64,000 nucleotides of DNA from Gracilinanus agilis (taxonomy: Eukaryota): NCBI RefSeq assembly GCF_016433145.1, contig NC_058131.1, forward strand, positions 285,242,513 to 285,306,512, read 5' to 3'. Positions 14,001-26,553 of the stretch are shown one piece after another. The notes beneath the pieces are model-generated. The model saw only the letters and a program-made list of their open reading frames with translations, ran no database searches and was not told the DNA's origin. The position numbers were made by a program, and so were the translations under genes. The first letter of the stretch is position 1. Each line of letters begins with the position of its first letter.

Positions 14001-14248
14001 CCCCTCTGTTGATATAGATCCCTTTTTCTCCCTTTTCACCCTGTAGGGCCTTGTTGAGAAGCAACACGCCTTCTTCATAGGCGCCCTTGGTATAGCAGAG
14101 GACCGCAAAGTCATTGTAGGTAAGGAGTAGCTGGCGCTGGGCCTGCAGAGGAACCTCAGTTTCCTCATTTTCTGAGCACAATTCTAGAGCCTTGAGAAAA
14201 TCTTCGATGGCTGCATCAAAGTCCTTGAGCCTCCGAAATAGAGTGCCC
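14001..14248 (-). CDS. TTC16: TTC16 exon 8 (TPR)
   Basis: ccttccag/gtgagt; GTLFRRLKDFDAAIEDFLKAL...QAQRQLLLTYNDFAVLCY...KGIYINRG. Confidence 0.95.
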
Positions 14249-16204
14249 CTGGAAGGAGAGGAGGTAGGAGGTCAGGCTCACCCACCCAGGGGCTGGCACG
14301 GACACTGACTTCTGAGGCCGAGGAAGGGAATCAAGCTGGACCATCATCCCTTGCTGGACCCATCTCTTGGGCACTGCCTCCAAGGGGTTCCTAGGCTCAG
14401 AATCCTAAACTGTCAGAGTTGGATGGGACTTTAGTGACCATCTGATAGTAATCTCTCCCACATCACCTCCTCTCATCTCATCTCATCCTATTCTGTTTGT
14501 ATGGGGAATATATTCTCTACTCTGCTGTGAACTAGAAGACTTTTTTTTTTTAAACCCTTATCTTCTGTTTTAATATCATTCGAAGACAGAAGAGCAGTAA
14601 GGGCTGGGTAGTCGGGGTTAAGTGTCACGGCCAGAGTCACACACTAGGAAATGTGTGAGGCCACATTTGAACTCTGTTCCTCCCAACTCCAGGTCTGGCA
14701 CTCTGTCCACGGAGCCACCTAGCCATCCTTGAACTCCAAGACTCTTGAAGGGAGCTACTCTGTCCTATTTCATCTTGGTATCCCCAGAGCATGAACTGAA
14801 CCGAACCGATCCCACCCTGCTCATTTTACAGAAGAACAAACTTAAACCCAGGCTATCGTCAAGGCCAAGGTCACACTGGTTATCAGTGGCCAAACTGGGA
14901 CTGGATTCCAGGTCTCCTAACTACCAGGGGCAGGGATTCTATCACGACTGCTTGCTTCTTTCTTCTCCCCCCCACCCCCAACCCTAGGCATGGTATGGGT
15001 AGACAGTGTCCTCCTCACGCATTATCTCCGTGTCACACTGGCCAGAGAGGGTACCATATTTACTTAGTGGGGTCTTTGGAATCCCAAACCTTGATTCCTT
15101 AGTCCCCTCTCTCCCTCCCCACCTGATAACTGGCTCCCATGACACAGAACCTTTTCTTAGGTCCATACTTGTGGTTTAGTGGGTAGAATGCTGGACTTGG
15201 AATCAGGACAACACATTCAACTCCTGCCCTAGATACAGACTAGCTGTGTGACCCTGAGCAAATGATTTAATGTCTCTCAGCCTCAGTTTCCTCATCTGCA
15301 AAACAGGGATAATTGGAATTTTTATGAAACTGTGTCAGCTTAGCAATGGAATTTGGCAAAACTTAAGTCAACCAGTCAACAAACATTTATTTACCCATTG
15401 TTCTATATTCCAGCTACTGTGCGAGGCACTGGGAACACAAAATCATAAAAAAGGAAAATGTCCTCAAAATGTTTATACTCTGTGGAAGGGGCAAAAAAGG
15501 GTAGACAAGGAAAAATAACATGTTCACACAGAAGTAAATGCAAAGTATACGCATAGTAAATACATTAGGAAAAACTTGGCAAAGCATTAAATACAGGCCA
15601 GCTATTGTAACTGGCAGTGAGGTGGCACAATGGATACAGGGAGACATGGAATCAGAAAGACCTGAATTCAAATCCTACCTCAGGCACTTAGTAAGCTCTA
15701 TATTGTCCCTAGTCAATTCACTTGACCTCTGTTTGCCTCAGTTTCCTCATCAGTAAAATAGGAATAATAGGATCTATCATAAGGTTGTTATGAGAATAAA
15801 CCGAAATAATGTTTTAAAGGGTTTTACAAAGGTTAAAGTGTTAAATATGAATGCTAGCTACTATTTATTAATTAATTCATTTATCATTTGTCATTTGGTC
15901 ATTTTTGGTCCCATCCAACTTTTTGTGATCCCTTTTTTGGAGTGTGTTTTCTTGGCAAAAATACTGGTGTGGTTTGCCATTTTCTTCTCCAGTTTATTTT
16001 CCAGATGAGGAAAATCAAAGCAAACAGAGTAAAGTGGCATGCGCAGGGTCACACAGTCAGTGAGGCTGGATTTGAACTCATGTCTTCCTGATTCCAGGCC
16101 CCAGTTAAGATATCCACACTGAGCCACCTCGCTGCCCCTTTATTATTCATTACATATATTCTAGAGTTATTATTTATCATTTATTATTGCTTTTGTAATC
16201 ATAC

Positions 16205-16419
16205 CGGAACAAATAGTAGCTAGGATCCATAGGGCTGTTCTCAATGGCACAGTTGATCCGGATCAAAGAATCCTCCAGGCTCCCCTTCAAGGCCATGACC
16301 ACTGCTTCCTCCCGGGCCTTTCTGGCCTGGACCAACAATTTCTCCAACAATGTGTTGGCCTCAGGGTGCTCAGGCTTAATCCTTAGGGCCCGGTGCAGAT
16401 CCTGGTAACACTGATTCGG
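16205..16419 (-). CDS. TTC16: TTC16 exon 7 (TPR)
   Basis: gctcccag/gtatga; PNQCYQDLHRALRIKPEHPEA...RINCAIENSPMDPSYYLF. Confidence 0.94.
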
Positions 16420-16493
16420 CTGGGAGCAGGGCAAGAGGTGACAATTAGAACCGTTCCCCTGCTTGGTCAGAGATGCTTTCCCCATAGCCTAGG

Positions 16494-16693
16494 TTTTTTT
16501 TTTGTTTTTTTTTTTTTAAACCCTTGTACTTCGGTGTATTGTCTCATAGGTGGAAGATTGGTAAGGGTGGGCAATGGGGGTCAAGTGACCTGCCCAGGGT
16601 CACACAGCTGGGAAGTGGCTGAGGCCGGGTTTGAACCTAGGACCTCCTGTCTCTAGGCCTGACTCTCACTCCACTGAGCTACCCAGCTGCCCC
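16494..16693 (-). mobile_element. Young SINE1_Mdo-like SINE with target-site duplication
   Basis: Full length, long poly(T) on the + strand; CCCATAGCCTAG duplicated at 16481-16492 and 16695-16706. Confidence 0.85.
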
Positions 16694-18298
16694 ACCCATA
16701 GCCTAGTTTTATGTCCTGCCCCAAATGCCAGCCAGGTTGAGTCATAGGTATAGCATCATCCTTGACAACTTGTGGGTTAGAATAATAGCTAACACTTATG
16801 GAGCTCTTTAAAGGTTATAATCAAGTGCTCTTGTTGGTGTTGAGTCATTGCGATGATAATGTCTGACTCTTTTGACCCCATTTGGGGTTTTCTTGGCAAA
16901 GATGCTGGCATGAGGCAGACAGAGTTAAGTGCGACTCACCCAGCTAGTGTCTGAGGCCTGACTCCTGGCCAGCACTCTAACCACTGGACCACTTCAATGC
17001 CTCAGAATGAGGCAAATCACAATCACAATGGACTGGATCAGAATGTTAGGGAGGATGACACCCTGGAGACTATTCAGTCACAGAATCTTCATTTTAGAAA
17101 GAAGGAAAATGGAAGCTCAGAGATGGAGAGCATCAGTTTGTCCCAAACTTACAGAGTGAGTTCAGGGCAGAGGCAGAGTTGGATTCAGGTGTCCTGATCC
17201 CTGGGCCCAGCAAATTCTAGTAAAGGTCTAAGACTATAGTAATTTAGGATAGTGGAAAGAGCCCTGGACTTGTTGAAAGTACAGAGAACTAAAGGTGAAT
17301 CTAGCTGGGTGACCCTGGGTAAATCACCACATTCTCAGAGCCTTAGTTTCCTCATCTACAAATTGGGAATTTTTTTGTTCTACTTCTTTCAAGATGATGG
17401 TGATTAAAGTGCTCTGAATACCTCCAAAGGAAAGCTATAACCTTGGGAGTCATTCTTGGCTCTTCATTTTCCTTCACCTTTCACATGTGTTTACTCAGTT
17501 GCCAAATCTTAAGTCAATCTGACTTCCAAAACTTCTTCAAGTTCCTTTCTCCCTACTCCCAGGGCCTCCTGCTCTAGCTGAGGCCTCATCATTTCTGGCT
17601 AGAGCTATTGCAACAACTTCCTGATTGGCTTCCAAGCTTCTGGTTCCATCCTTAATTGGCCCCAATCCTATTTTTTGCATTTCTTTGTATCTTGAGTGCT
17701 TAGCACAATACCCAGTGACATGCTCAGCAAAATTGTGAAATTTGCATTCCTAAAGTAGGTCTGACCATATGTCATTTCCCTAATCAAAAGGCTCTAGTGG
17801 CTCCCAGTGCCTTTAGGACAAAATGCAACTCTTCAGCCTGGCATTTAAGGCTAAATCTTATTTGATTTTCCTAGTGTTCAAGTACTCTCTGTTCCAAATT
17901 GGCTGGGGCTGAGAGGAAAACTGGAGTCTTGGGGATTGATTACCTTGACCTTTTTTTTTTTTTTTAAACTCTCTTCTGTCTTCTAATCAACACTAAAGAG
18001 AGGTAAGGGCTAGGCAACTGGAGTTAAATGACTTTCCCAGGGTCATGTAGGAAGTATTTGAGGCCATATTTGAAATCAAGACCTCCAGATCTGGCTCTCT
18101 TATCAACTGAGCCACCTAGCTGCCTCCTACCTTGACTATTTGGGTAGGATTCCAGAACAGCAGAGCTTCTAGGCTCCCTGCCCATCCTATCCTTAGGGGG
18201 CTGTGTGCCAATCCCATTCAATCCTGATGGTGGAGCTGAGCTCAGACTGACTGACTTGGGATCCCATCTTACCTGTTGGGGATTGGTTTAGGTTCTAC

Positions 18299-18425
18299 CT
18301 TTAGGAAGAAGTTATAAAGTCGAGCCCGAAGGATGTAGACATCAGGGTTGGGATGCTGCTTTAATTCTTTTGTGATGATCCCAAGGCATTCCTGATGCTT
18401 TTTCATGGCCAAAAGGCAAGCAATA
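18299..18425 (-). CDS. TTC16: TTC16 exon 6
   Basis: catttcag/gtagaa; (S)IACLLAMKKHQECLGIITKELKQHPNPDVYILRARLYNFFLK. Confidence 0.93.
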
Positions 18426-18527
18426 CTGAAATGAGGAGGAGGGAGGATGTGCCAAGGTGAGGGGGACTTCTATCCCAGGCCTAGCACCCTCCCCCACTCC
18501 CTCCAGTCCTTGAGGCTCCAGGGTCAC

Positions 18528-18628
18528 CTGCGAAAGCGGTAGGAGGATTTGAAAGGCTGCAGCTCTGAAGCCTGGGTGAACAGATCTAAGGCTTTCAGGT
18601 ATGATTCCTCTTCAAAGAGACACTGGCC
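18528..18628 (-). CDS. TTC16: TTC16 exon 5
   Basis: ccccaccag/gtgacc; GQCLFEEESYLKALDLFTQASELQPFKSSYRFR. Confidence 0.93.
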
Positions 18629-19092
18629 CTGGTGGGGAGGGAGGCAGGCATCCACAAGTGTCTCTGACCCCTATATAGCCTGTTAAGACAGCTGGGTACA
18701 TTCTAAGAGGTAGGAAGAGGCAAGGGGAGACACAAATTGAAAGGGACAAAAACTTGAATGGGGCGAGACAGAGGAGACCAGGAAGGCTACAGGGACAGAA
18801 ATGAGAAGAGATAGGAAAGGGGAGAAGAAATAGATGCTGGCAGGAAAGAGAGAAAAAGAGACTAGGAGAGAGGTGGGAAGGAGAGAGTAAGAGGCAGAGC
18901 CACCAGGGAGAAGAGAAGACCACCAGAGGGACAAGGACAGGGGGGAGGCAGAGACAGACAGATGGTCAGAGGCAGACTGACAGCCCACCCCAGACTGAAC
19001 CAAGAACCCTCGAGCCCCTACATGGCTTCTGTCCCTCAGGAAGGAGGCAGAACATGTGGTTCCCTATTCCCTGGCTGGACTAAGCAACCCAC

Positions 19093-19236
19093 CTGGACAT
19101 ACAGGACAAAGCAGAGGCGGTCTATTAACTGGGGCCGGTATGGGGCTAACCCGGCAGCCTTTCGAAGGTTCTGGGATGCTGAGGAAAAGTCACACAGCTG
19201 GATATAGGCCTCAGCCCGAAGCACATAAGCTTCCAC
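19093..19236 (-). CDS. TTC16: TTC16 exon 4 (TPR)
   Basis: gccacag/gtgggt; VEAYVLRAEAYIQLCDFSSASQNLRKAAGLAPYRPQLIDRLCFVLYVQ. Confidence 0.95.
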
Positions 19237-19665
19237 CTGTGGCAGAGGTGAAGAAAGACACTGCAGGCAGGCTGGTTTTAACGTGGTCTAGGCAAATTTA
19301 GCCCAACCCACACTGCAAATTAATAGGCTACAGGTGTATTGAATCTCAGATAAAGGGACCTCTGAAATCCTCTAGTCTTAACAAGGACCAAAGGATTTGT
19401 CAGGCAGTTAAACAGAGGCCCAATAAGGTGAAGTGACTTTCAAGTCAAAGTATGGGTGTCCAGTGTAGGAGGTACCAAGGAATCCATGAGCCCAAGGGAG
19501 GTGGCATCAGGAAGGGGGATTACAGTAGCTTGGTAGGAAATTTGCTTGCTCTTTGGGGTTTGGGGAAGGCCCCCAGCCTCCCCCAATTGTTGGCTGGGAG
19601 GGGATGGCAGAGGGGTTGTGGGGGAGGAAAGAATTTTTGCTCTCTCTATTCTCTCCCATTCTCAC

Positions 19666-19756
19666 CAGCTCGGGATTAAGGTTGATGGCTTTGGAGAAGG
19701 AGAGCACAGCCTTCTCCCACTCCCCACTGGACATGGCATCCTGCCCATGTTGAAAG
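19666..19756 (-). CDS. TTC16: TTC16 exon 3 (TPR)
   Basis: gtccacag/gtgaga; FQHGQDAMSSGEWEKAVLSFSKAINLNPEL. Confidence 0.93.
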
Positions 19757-20115
19757 CTGTGGACAGAGGACCAGGCAGACAGTTTGGGGTGAGAGGGGTC
19801 AGAAAAGGATCAAAACTTAGAGGACAGAGGAGGACAGTGTTCCAAAGTCTAATGTGGCAGGGGAGGAGGGTTCTGGGAAGGAAAGGGCTGTAATATGAAG
19901 AAGGGCAACACAGCTTCTAGGAGGAAGTCATAAAATCATGGAATGTGGGCTGAGAAGGACCTTCTGTCAAATAAGATATCATGCCTTTTAACAGACAAGG
20001 AAACAGGTACAGAAAAGCATCTAAGATCACAAGGCAACTGGTAGATCCTGAACTAGAACCTAGGGTTTCATGGAACTGGGAGGAGGACATGGGAGTAGAA
20101 GAGATCCATGCTTAC

Positions 20116-20268
20116 TGCTCCTTGATTCTCTTCGGCAAGAGAAGGCCTCTGAGTGGTGGTCTATGGGATTCAAGTCCCCGGAAAACAGTACTGGTCCCAA
20201 GGATACGACTCAAGAAAGGACTCTCAACATTTTCACTTAACTTCTCCAATGACATGGCGGTGCTGAAC
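20116..20268 (-). CDS. TTC16: TTC16 exon 2
   Basis: ggttctcag/gtaagc; FSTAMSLEKLSENVESPFLSRILGTSTVFRGLESHRPPLRGLLLPKRIKE resembles human ILQHIFGTSHVF...VPLKVRE; internal ATG at 20255 in accgccATG context. Confidence 0.85.
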
Positions 20269-21549
20269 CTGAGAACCAGAGAATCTCAGAGCTTGAAGGG
20301 ACTTTAGAGATTATCTACATTCTTTAGTTTGGCATTCAAGGCCTTCCATCATCCTCTGGCCCACCCTTCCAACACTTCAGAATCATAGACTATTAAAGCT
20401 GGAAGAGATCAAGTATCTAGTCCAAGAGGTAAGTGACATCCAGGAAGGGGAAGGGAGTCTCTCCAGTCTATACCCCCAGTTAGTGGCAGACACAAACCTG
20501 AATCAGGTTTCCTGATTCCCAGACCTGGACACCTTCGGTGGTCCCACACTATCTTCCCTGCTGCTCACTTCTTGAGCAACACTTGACTTGACAACTGTCT
20601 CCACTACAGACCCCACTTCACTTCTCTACGAAGGTCTCCAAGCTAGGCTCCCAACCATAGAGCAGTTAGTTAGTTACTAAGCACCTGGGACAGAGGGCCA
20701 CGCCCCCTCCTGCTGGCCACGCCCCAGGCTCTACTCCCCAGGAATTCTACCCCTTTAAACGTAATAACATCTAATATAGCTTGCAAGGGAAACTGAGAAA
20801 GCCGTCACTCTCTTCATCTCTGACCTGCTCCCCCAAATAACGAGAGATTTAAAAATTGCCTTCCGCAGTTAGGCACACACACATTTACCTGGTATTTTCA
20901 TGAATTACTAAAGAACTCAAAAGGCCTGCTCTGCTGGGAGTGTGAAATACTATCCCATTCCCGGGTGGCAAATGGCAATGCCTACTAAGTGCCGGCAAAA
21001 ATGACCGCAGAAATGAAAATCTGGTGGCCTGCCCTCGGGGATCTGACATTCATTCTATCCGGGGGAACACCCCTCCAGCAAATAGCTGAGGCTGCCATTT
21101 AAGAGGCATAGTGGGATGGAGGTCAAGTCAGAAGAGCTCAGGGAATGGGAGACTAAGGGCAGGGTTGCGGAGAGAAGACGCTAGTCCAGGACTTGAGTGA
21201 GCGCTTTAGAAAAAAACTACCTGACCTCTCTGCCTCAATTTCCCTAACTGTAAAATGGGGTAGTAGAGAGGTTCTCCCCCTCCAACATCACCCCACTTTC
21301 TTAAGACATGGAAGGGGATCTGATTGGGATTTTGCCTAGGAAACTACGGTCAGGCGACTTGCCCAAGGTCCCACAGCTAGTGCGGGATCTCCGCCCCGTC
21401 TCCCCAGTAAGGAGCCGAAGGGACGTGAAGGGGTGCGCGCCCCCACGCTCCATTGGAGGACGAGGACACCTGTCAGGGTGGCAACGCTTTGCCTGGGGTG
21501 CCGGAGTGTATCCCGCTGGCATGGTGGAGGTAGGTCGGCAGCTCTTCAC

Positions 21550-21653
21550 CTTCGAAGGGAAACTTGCTTCTGCTGTCTGCGACGTTGGTTGCGGCGCTGG
21601 GCCTTGGCCTGAGCGAGTTCCTTCTGGTTCACAAAGGAGCTTAAACTCTGCAT
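21550..21653 (-). CDS. TTC16: TTC16 exon 1 (predicted coding part)
   Basis: ATG at 21653 to AAG|gtgaag donor = 34 codons + 2 nt, exactly the phase exon 2 needs; MQSLSSFVNQKELAQAKAQRRNQRRRQQKQVSLR. Confidence 0.6.
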
Positions 21654-21902
21654 CGACGGCCATAACGCTTTCCTCCCGCGGTCTTCCACAGCTTCTGCCT
21701 TTCAAAACTCACGTCCCCGCAGAACCTAGAACAGCGCGCAGGCGCTACCCCGAAGCCCTCCAAACTACTCTGGGAGGGAGTGAGGTAGGCGAAGAAATGG
21801 GGCGAGGTCATAACTGGTTGGACGCCGCGCTGACGTAGGGGGTGGGACCTTCGTGATGAATGGGGGGCCGGCTCTGAGTAAGAGGAGAGGAAGGAGGAAG
21901 AC
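21654..21902. promoter_or_regulatory. Bidirectional CpG-rich promoter between TTC16 and PTRH1
   Basis: Divergent start codons 250 nt apart; locally CpG-rich; GCGCAGGCGC (NRF1-like) at 21736-21745 and TGACGT (CRE-like) at 21831. Confidence 0.75.
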
Positions 21903-21998
21903 ATGTCGCCCCCGGGGCTCGGACTCTTGTGGAGCTGGCTGAGTCGCGGAATGAGTCGAACTGGCCCCGAACTTCAGCCTCCAGGGAAGAGGTGGCTG
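21903..21998 (+). CDS. PTRH1: Peptidyl-tRNA hydrolase 1 homolog exon 1
   Basis: MSPPGLGLLWSWLSRGMSRTGPELQPPGKRWL followed by gtgagt donor; matches the human ...MSRCVLEPRPPGKRWM pattern. Confidence 0.88.
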
Positions 21999-22190
21999 GT
22001 GAGTGTGCGGGAGAAGGCGGGGAGCTTTCTGGGCTGGAGGGAGATGGGGTACAAAAGGAAGGGAGGAGGCCGAGGGGCCAGCCCCCCCCCCTCCCAGCAG
22101 CCCCAGTTCTCCCCACCTCCCCTGAAGCCCGTGATTCTGGGGCCCCAGCAGCCAGCGGCCAGGGAATTGGAAGGGACTCCGAAATGTATC

Positions 22191-22224
22191 GTGTGTGTGT
22201 GTATGTGTGTGTGTGTGTGTGTGT
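22191..22224. repeat. (GT)n microsatellite
   Basis: Directly visible, one interruption. Confidence 0.95.
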
Positions 22225-22426
22225 GGGTCTTTGACAATCTGGATTTGAATTTCGGTGCTCCGAGTCCAAATCTAGCATTTTTATCTGTTATACCACCCTG
22301 GGGAGAGGGAGGGCGGAGAGAAGCTTCTTTTGGATCTACATTCGTTAAGTAAAGTGTACGGGAAAAAACGTGCTAAGTGCTAAGGAAGTTAAAAAGTTTA
22401 GGTGAGGCATGATCCTTGCCCTAAAG

Positions 22427-22636
22427 CAGGGGGTTTTATTCTGGGGATGGACTTCAGGGGAACCGTGTGAATTGGATAGGGAAAAAACTACAGCTTTAAT
22501 TTCACTAACCCCTAACTGAAATTTGGCATTTATTTCAATTATGAATTTTTAAAATGTATTATGGGGCTATAAACTTCACCAAAAGGGCCTATGATAGCAA
22601 AAAAAAAAAAAAAAAAAAAAAGGTTAAAGACCTCTT
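22427..22636. mobile_element. Old hAT/Charlie-type MITE
   Basis: CAGGGGGTTTTATT...TTAAAGACCTCT ends; internally similar to 62307-62518; CCTAAAG on both flanks. Confidence 0.55.
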
Positions 22637-23514
22637 TCCTAAAGGAATTTAGAGCAGCCTACTGGGATAGGAAAATAGCCCATATCTCATGTAGTAGGGC
22701 ATACTGTAGCTATTTTATATATACATAAATAGTTATTAAAGAGTAACATAGTACTTTGTGAGGTCCCAGGGATATTATCAGATTTGAAAAGGCTTTTAAG
22801 TTGATAAAGAGTCCCAATAGGTGAATCAAAGGAGGAATGGTATTTCAGGAATTAAGCAAAGACATAGAGAAGTATGAGAGGATGTGGGTCAGAGTGTTTT
22901 TTTTTTTTTAATGAATATGAAAGAGGCCAGAAAAATGAGATGAGACAAGAGAGAGTGATTCCAGGTTTTGAAAGTTCTTGAATACAAGAATTGAATACAA
23001 TTAGTCATTTAAGGGTTTAAATATTACCTGTCATTAGGGAACTACTGAAAATTTTTGAGCAGAAAATTGATCAGAATAAATTTCTAGATGAGAAAGATTA
23101 TTTGGGCCATATTAAATAGGATGGATTAAAAAAATCCCAAAAAAAAATTATTTTAAAAAAAAGCAGAGAGATACTAGAAGCTGCTGTGATAACTCCAGGC
23201 AGATGATGATAAGGGATCTACCTGTATTACAGTGATGCCAATAGGAATAGAGGGAAAAAATTACTTCCAGACAGGTTTTGGAGAGGTTCTCAACAGAGCC
23301 TGTTAATTGAATAATTGTGAGAGGTCAGAATCAAAGAGAAGCCCAAGGATTAGAAACATGGGTTAAATGGCTGGCTGAGTGGTGCTGCCATTGCCATCAA
23401 GTGAAGTTTTTTCAAGTAGGGGGGAAAAGATGGAATGAACTCATTTCTGGAGATGTTGGATTTGAGGTGCCATTGTGGTGCTCAGGTAAAGACAGGATGG
23501 GGGAAGTTAGCTGT

Positions 23515-23539
23515 ACACACACACACACACACACACACA
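23515..23539. repeat. (AC)n microsatellite
   Basis: Directly visible. Confidence 0.95.
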
Positions 23540-24676
23540 TATAAAAAAGCTTGAAAGGAGATACAGATTTGGGAATTATCTGCATAGAGGTAGTAATTGA
23601 AGCTGGCACAGAGAAAATTGTGAAGGAAGTGTAAAGACAGAAGAAAGTCCCCCACCGTGGGGAATGCTTATATTAGGGTCGAAGGAAGAAAATAAGAAAC
23701 TATCTGGGAGGAGTAAGAGGAGGAACAGTTAGAGAGGCTGGAGGAGGCCCCATGAGAGTGTGGAGCTTGAAGTAGGTAATTGGTAAGCATTTGTTAAGCA
23801 TCTGCTGTGTGCCAGGCATTGTGCTAAGTGCCTGGTTCAGAGAAGGCAGAAAACAGCACCTGTCTCAGGGAACTCACAGCCTGGAAAACAAATATGTACA
23901 AACAAGGTATATAACAGTAGTATATATAAGGGGGTTCAGGAGAGGTTTCTCATAGAATTTTAGCTCTGACTTGAAGGAAGCCAGGAAGCTAGATAAGGAG
24001 GAGAGCATTCCAGTCATCAGGAGATAGAATGTCTTGTGGGAGGAACAGCAAGAATGCCAGTGTCACCAGATCACCAGACTACCTTGTGAAGTGTCAGAAA
24101 GGAGTGAAGAGTCAGAAGATGTGGAAAGGTAGGAAGGAACCAGGAGGAACAAGAGTGTGCCAAACAGAGGGTTTTATATTTGATACTGGAGGTGATAGAG
24201 AGAGCCACTAGAGTTTATTGAATAGGGAGGTGGCGGGTTCAGATCTGCTCTTTAAGAAGATTAATTTGACAGCTGAATGGAGGATAGACTGAAGTAGGGA
24301 GACACTTACATCAAAGATGTCAACCAGAAAGTCATTGCAATAGTCCAAGTGAGAAGTGATAAGGAGCTGCATCATGGTGAGAGCAGTGTCAGAGAGAAGG
24401 GGACATAAACATGTTACAAAGATGAAGTCAACAGGATTTGAGGCTCAAGAGCTATGGGGCTAATCATCAGTGTCAGAAGGAATGGGGAGAGGTCTAGGAG
24501 AATGAGTCCTGAAAAGAAAAAACCCAAACCTGTGGATTTGGTGATGAGGTCAATGGTAACCTAGTGAGAACAGTTTCAATTAATAGGTGAAAGGAAGCCC
24601 GGCTGCAAGGGGTTAGAGAGAAGGTGGGTGGGTAGTGAGAAAGCAGAGGGAAGCTCAGTACTTTTTTGACCCACAG

Positions 24677-24896
24677 GTGGCTGGCCTGGGCAACTACAGG
24701 TTGCAGGGCACACGGCACAGTGTAGGCATGGCTGTGCTGAACCAGCTGGCCCAGCACCTGAATGTAGCTGACCAATGGAGGAAGCAGCAGCAATGCCATG
24801 CAGATGTGGCCATCGCCTGCCTTGGAGAGGCTGAACTGGTGCTTCTCAAACCTCGACAGTTCATGAATGTCAATGGGCTCAGTGTGGCCCAGGCTG
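24677..24896 (+). CDS. PTRH1: PTRH1 exon 2
   Basis: cccacag/gtgaga; [20 protein letters not shown]...[18 protein letters not shown] (Pth GLGN, RHS and MN motifs). Confidence 0.96.
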
Positions 24897-25132
24897 GTGA
24901 GAGATCAGAGATTGGTAGCATTCCCTTGCCCAGCCTTAGGGGAGGAGGAATGGTTGTCACTTGGTTCCTGTCACCTAGCTTCTGTCCCTAAACATAAGCC
25001 ACTGAGCTTCTCCCTAGCTATAACTCTGTGGCCGAGACCCTTGGTGAGTGGGGAGGGGATAAAAAGGGTGGTGATGGAATCCTAATTCTCTGCTCCTTCC
25101 CTCATCTGTCTCACTCTTGTTTCCTTGGGAAG

Positions 25133-25232
25133 CCAAGATGTATCAGCTGGCAGCCGAAGACATCTACTTGGTTCATGATGAGTTGGACAAGCCACTGGGA
25201 AAACTAGCCATGAAGCTAGGGGGCAGTGCAAG
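25133..25232 (+). CDS. PTRH1: PTRH1 exon 3
   Basis: gggaag/gtgagg, 100 nt; (A)[32 protein letters not shown] (HDELD motif). Confidence 0.93.
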
Positions 25233-25512
25233 GTGAGGAAGTCTTGCCACTCCCAAAAGATTCCCACCTTGAGACCAAGGAAGGAAATACTTGGCCCTGG
25301 GAGTGTTAACCCCACAGTATGGGAATCACTGCCTTCCTTGGAGATGTTGGGAAGAGAAGCCCCAACGCTTATTCATCCTTAGAATAAGTTATATTGTCCT
25401 CCAGTCTCCTCATCTTCCCACTGTCTTTCCCTTGCCCCTGCCATTTTGAGATTTCTAGGCAAGCCTTTAATGAATTTCTGATACTTGTTCTTTCTGGGTT
25501 TTGTCTTGAAAG

Positions 25513-25558
25513 TGGTCACAACGGGGTGCGATCCTGTATCAGCTGTCTCAACTCAAAT
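25513..25558 (+). CDS. PTRH1: PTRH1 exon 4
   Basis: ttgaaag/gtaagt; (S)GHNGVRSCISCLNSN (GHNG motif). Confidence 0.94.
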
Positions 25559-26083
25559 GTAAGTCTTTCCCCTGGAGTAGTGGAGCATTTCCTAGACCTA
25601 ATGCTCTGTACTAGAGTTCGTGTGTCCTATCAGGCCTCCATGCTCTGAAACCTTAGTGCTGAGGTAAGATTTTTGAAGGGACCTGAGAATAGCCTCTAGC
25701 CCAAGCTTACTGTCCTCCTGGGCAAGTATTTAGGCTTTCGTCCCTCCTGTCCCTTTTCCTGATTCACCAGGACTGGCCATATGGGATTCTGGAAGAAAAG
25801 AGAGTAGTAGCCTAGCATTGTAGCATTATGCCCCACTCCTGTTAAGGAGCCACTCTTCTGTTTGCTTCCTCCCCTAAAGCAGTATTCCTTTCATCTCTTC
25901 TATGCTTTGAGGGGCTCCTGTCATAATTTCTCAGTGGCACCTGAGTATAGGCTTCAAGGTAGAGAGTTGGGGGTTGAGCAGGAAGCCATAATCAATACAC
26001 AGAGCCTTCTACCATGGGGCAAGAGGTTGTCTCTTCTGGCTAGGCAGCCACCAGTGTTTCCCACTCACTCTTCCAATTCATAG

Positions 26084-26278
26084 GTCATGCCCCGGCTCCG
26101 AGTAGGCATTGGCCGACCTACTCACCCGGGGGCTGTGGAACGATACGTGTTGGACAGATTCACAGCAGCTGAGCAAGAACGACTGCCTCAGCTGCTGGAG
26201 CAGGCCACAGAACTGCTACTCAGCCACATCCAGCAACGGAGCCTGGCAGGGGCGACGTGTTCAAGCCACCCCTCCTGA
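26084..26278 (+). CDS. PTRH1: PTRH1 exon 5 (terminal coding)
   Basis: ttcatag acceptor; [34 protein letters not shown]...SSHPS-TGA. Confidence 0.95.
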   Translation, partial: VMPRLRVGIGRPTHPGAVERYVLDRFTAAEQERLPQLLEQATELLLSHIQQRSLAGATCSSHPS

Positions 26279-26553
26279 CATGACAGGAATAGGCCTCCCA
26301 CCGTGGGCCAGGGCACAACTCATAGATGGCTGTTCCCCCACAATGGAGAGAGGCAGCCTCTTTTTGCCTTACTGAAGAAGCACAAAGGTCAGAGCCTTGG
26401 CATACCAACCCCACTCAGGAAAGCCTTGATCCAGGCTTGGGGCAAAGACATTGAGGAAGATGGTTCTGGGTTCACACCACCCACATTGTGCCCTCCCTGC
26501 CCAACATTAGACCTGCTCATACCTGTGTAATCAATTTTTGATGGGACATTTAA

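Noticed and set aside
21301-22352. Several 100-176 aa ORFs around the TTC16/PTRH1 promoter
   Set aside because: GC-rich CpG-island and microsatellite sequence is stop-poor. Only the short first exons fit splice phase and homology.
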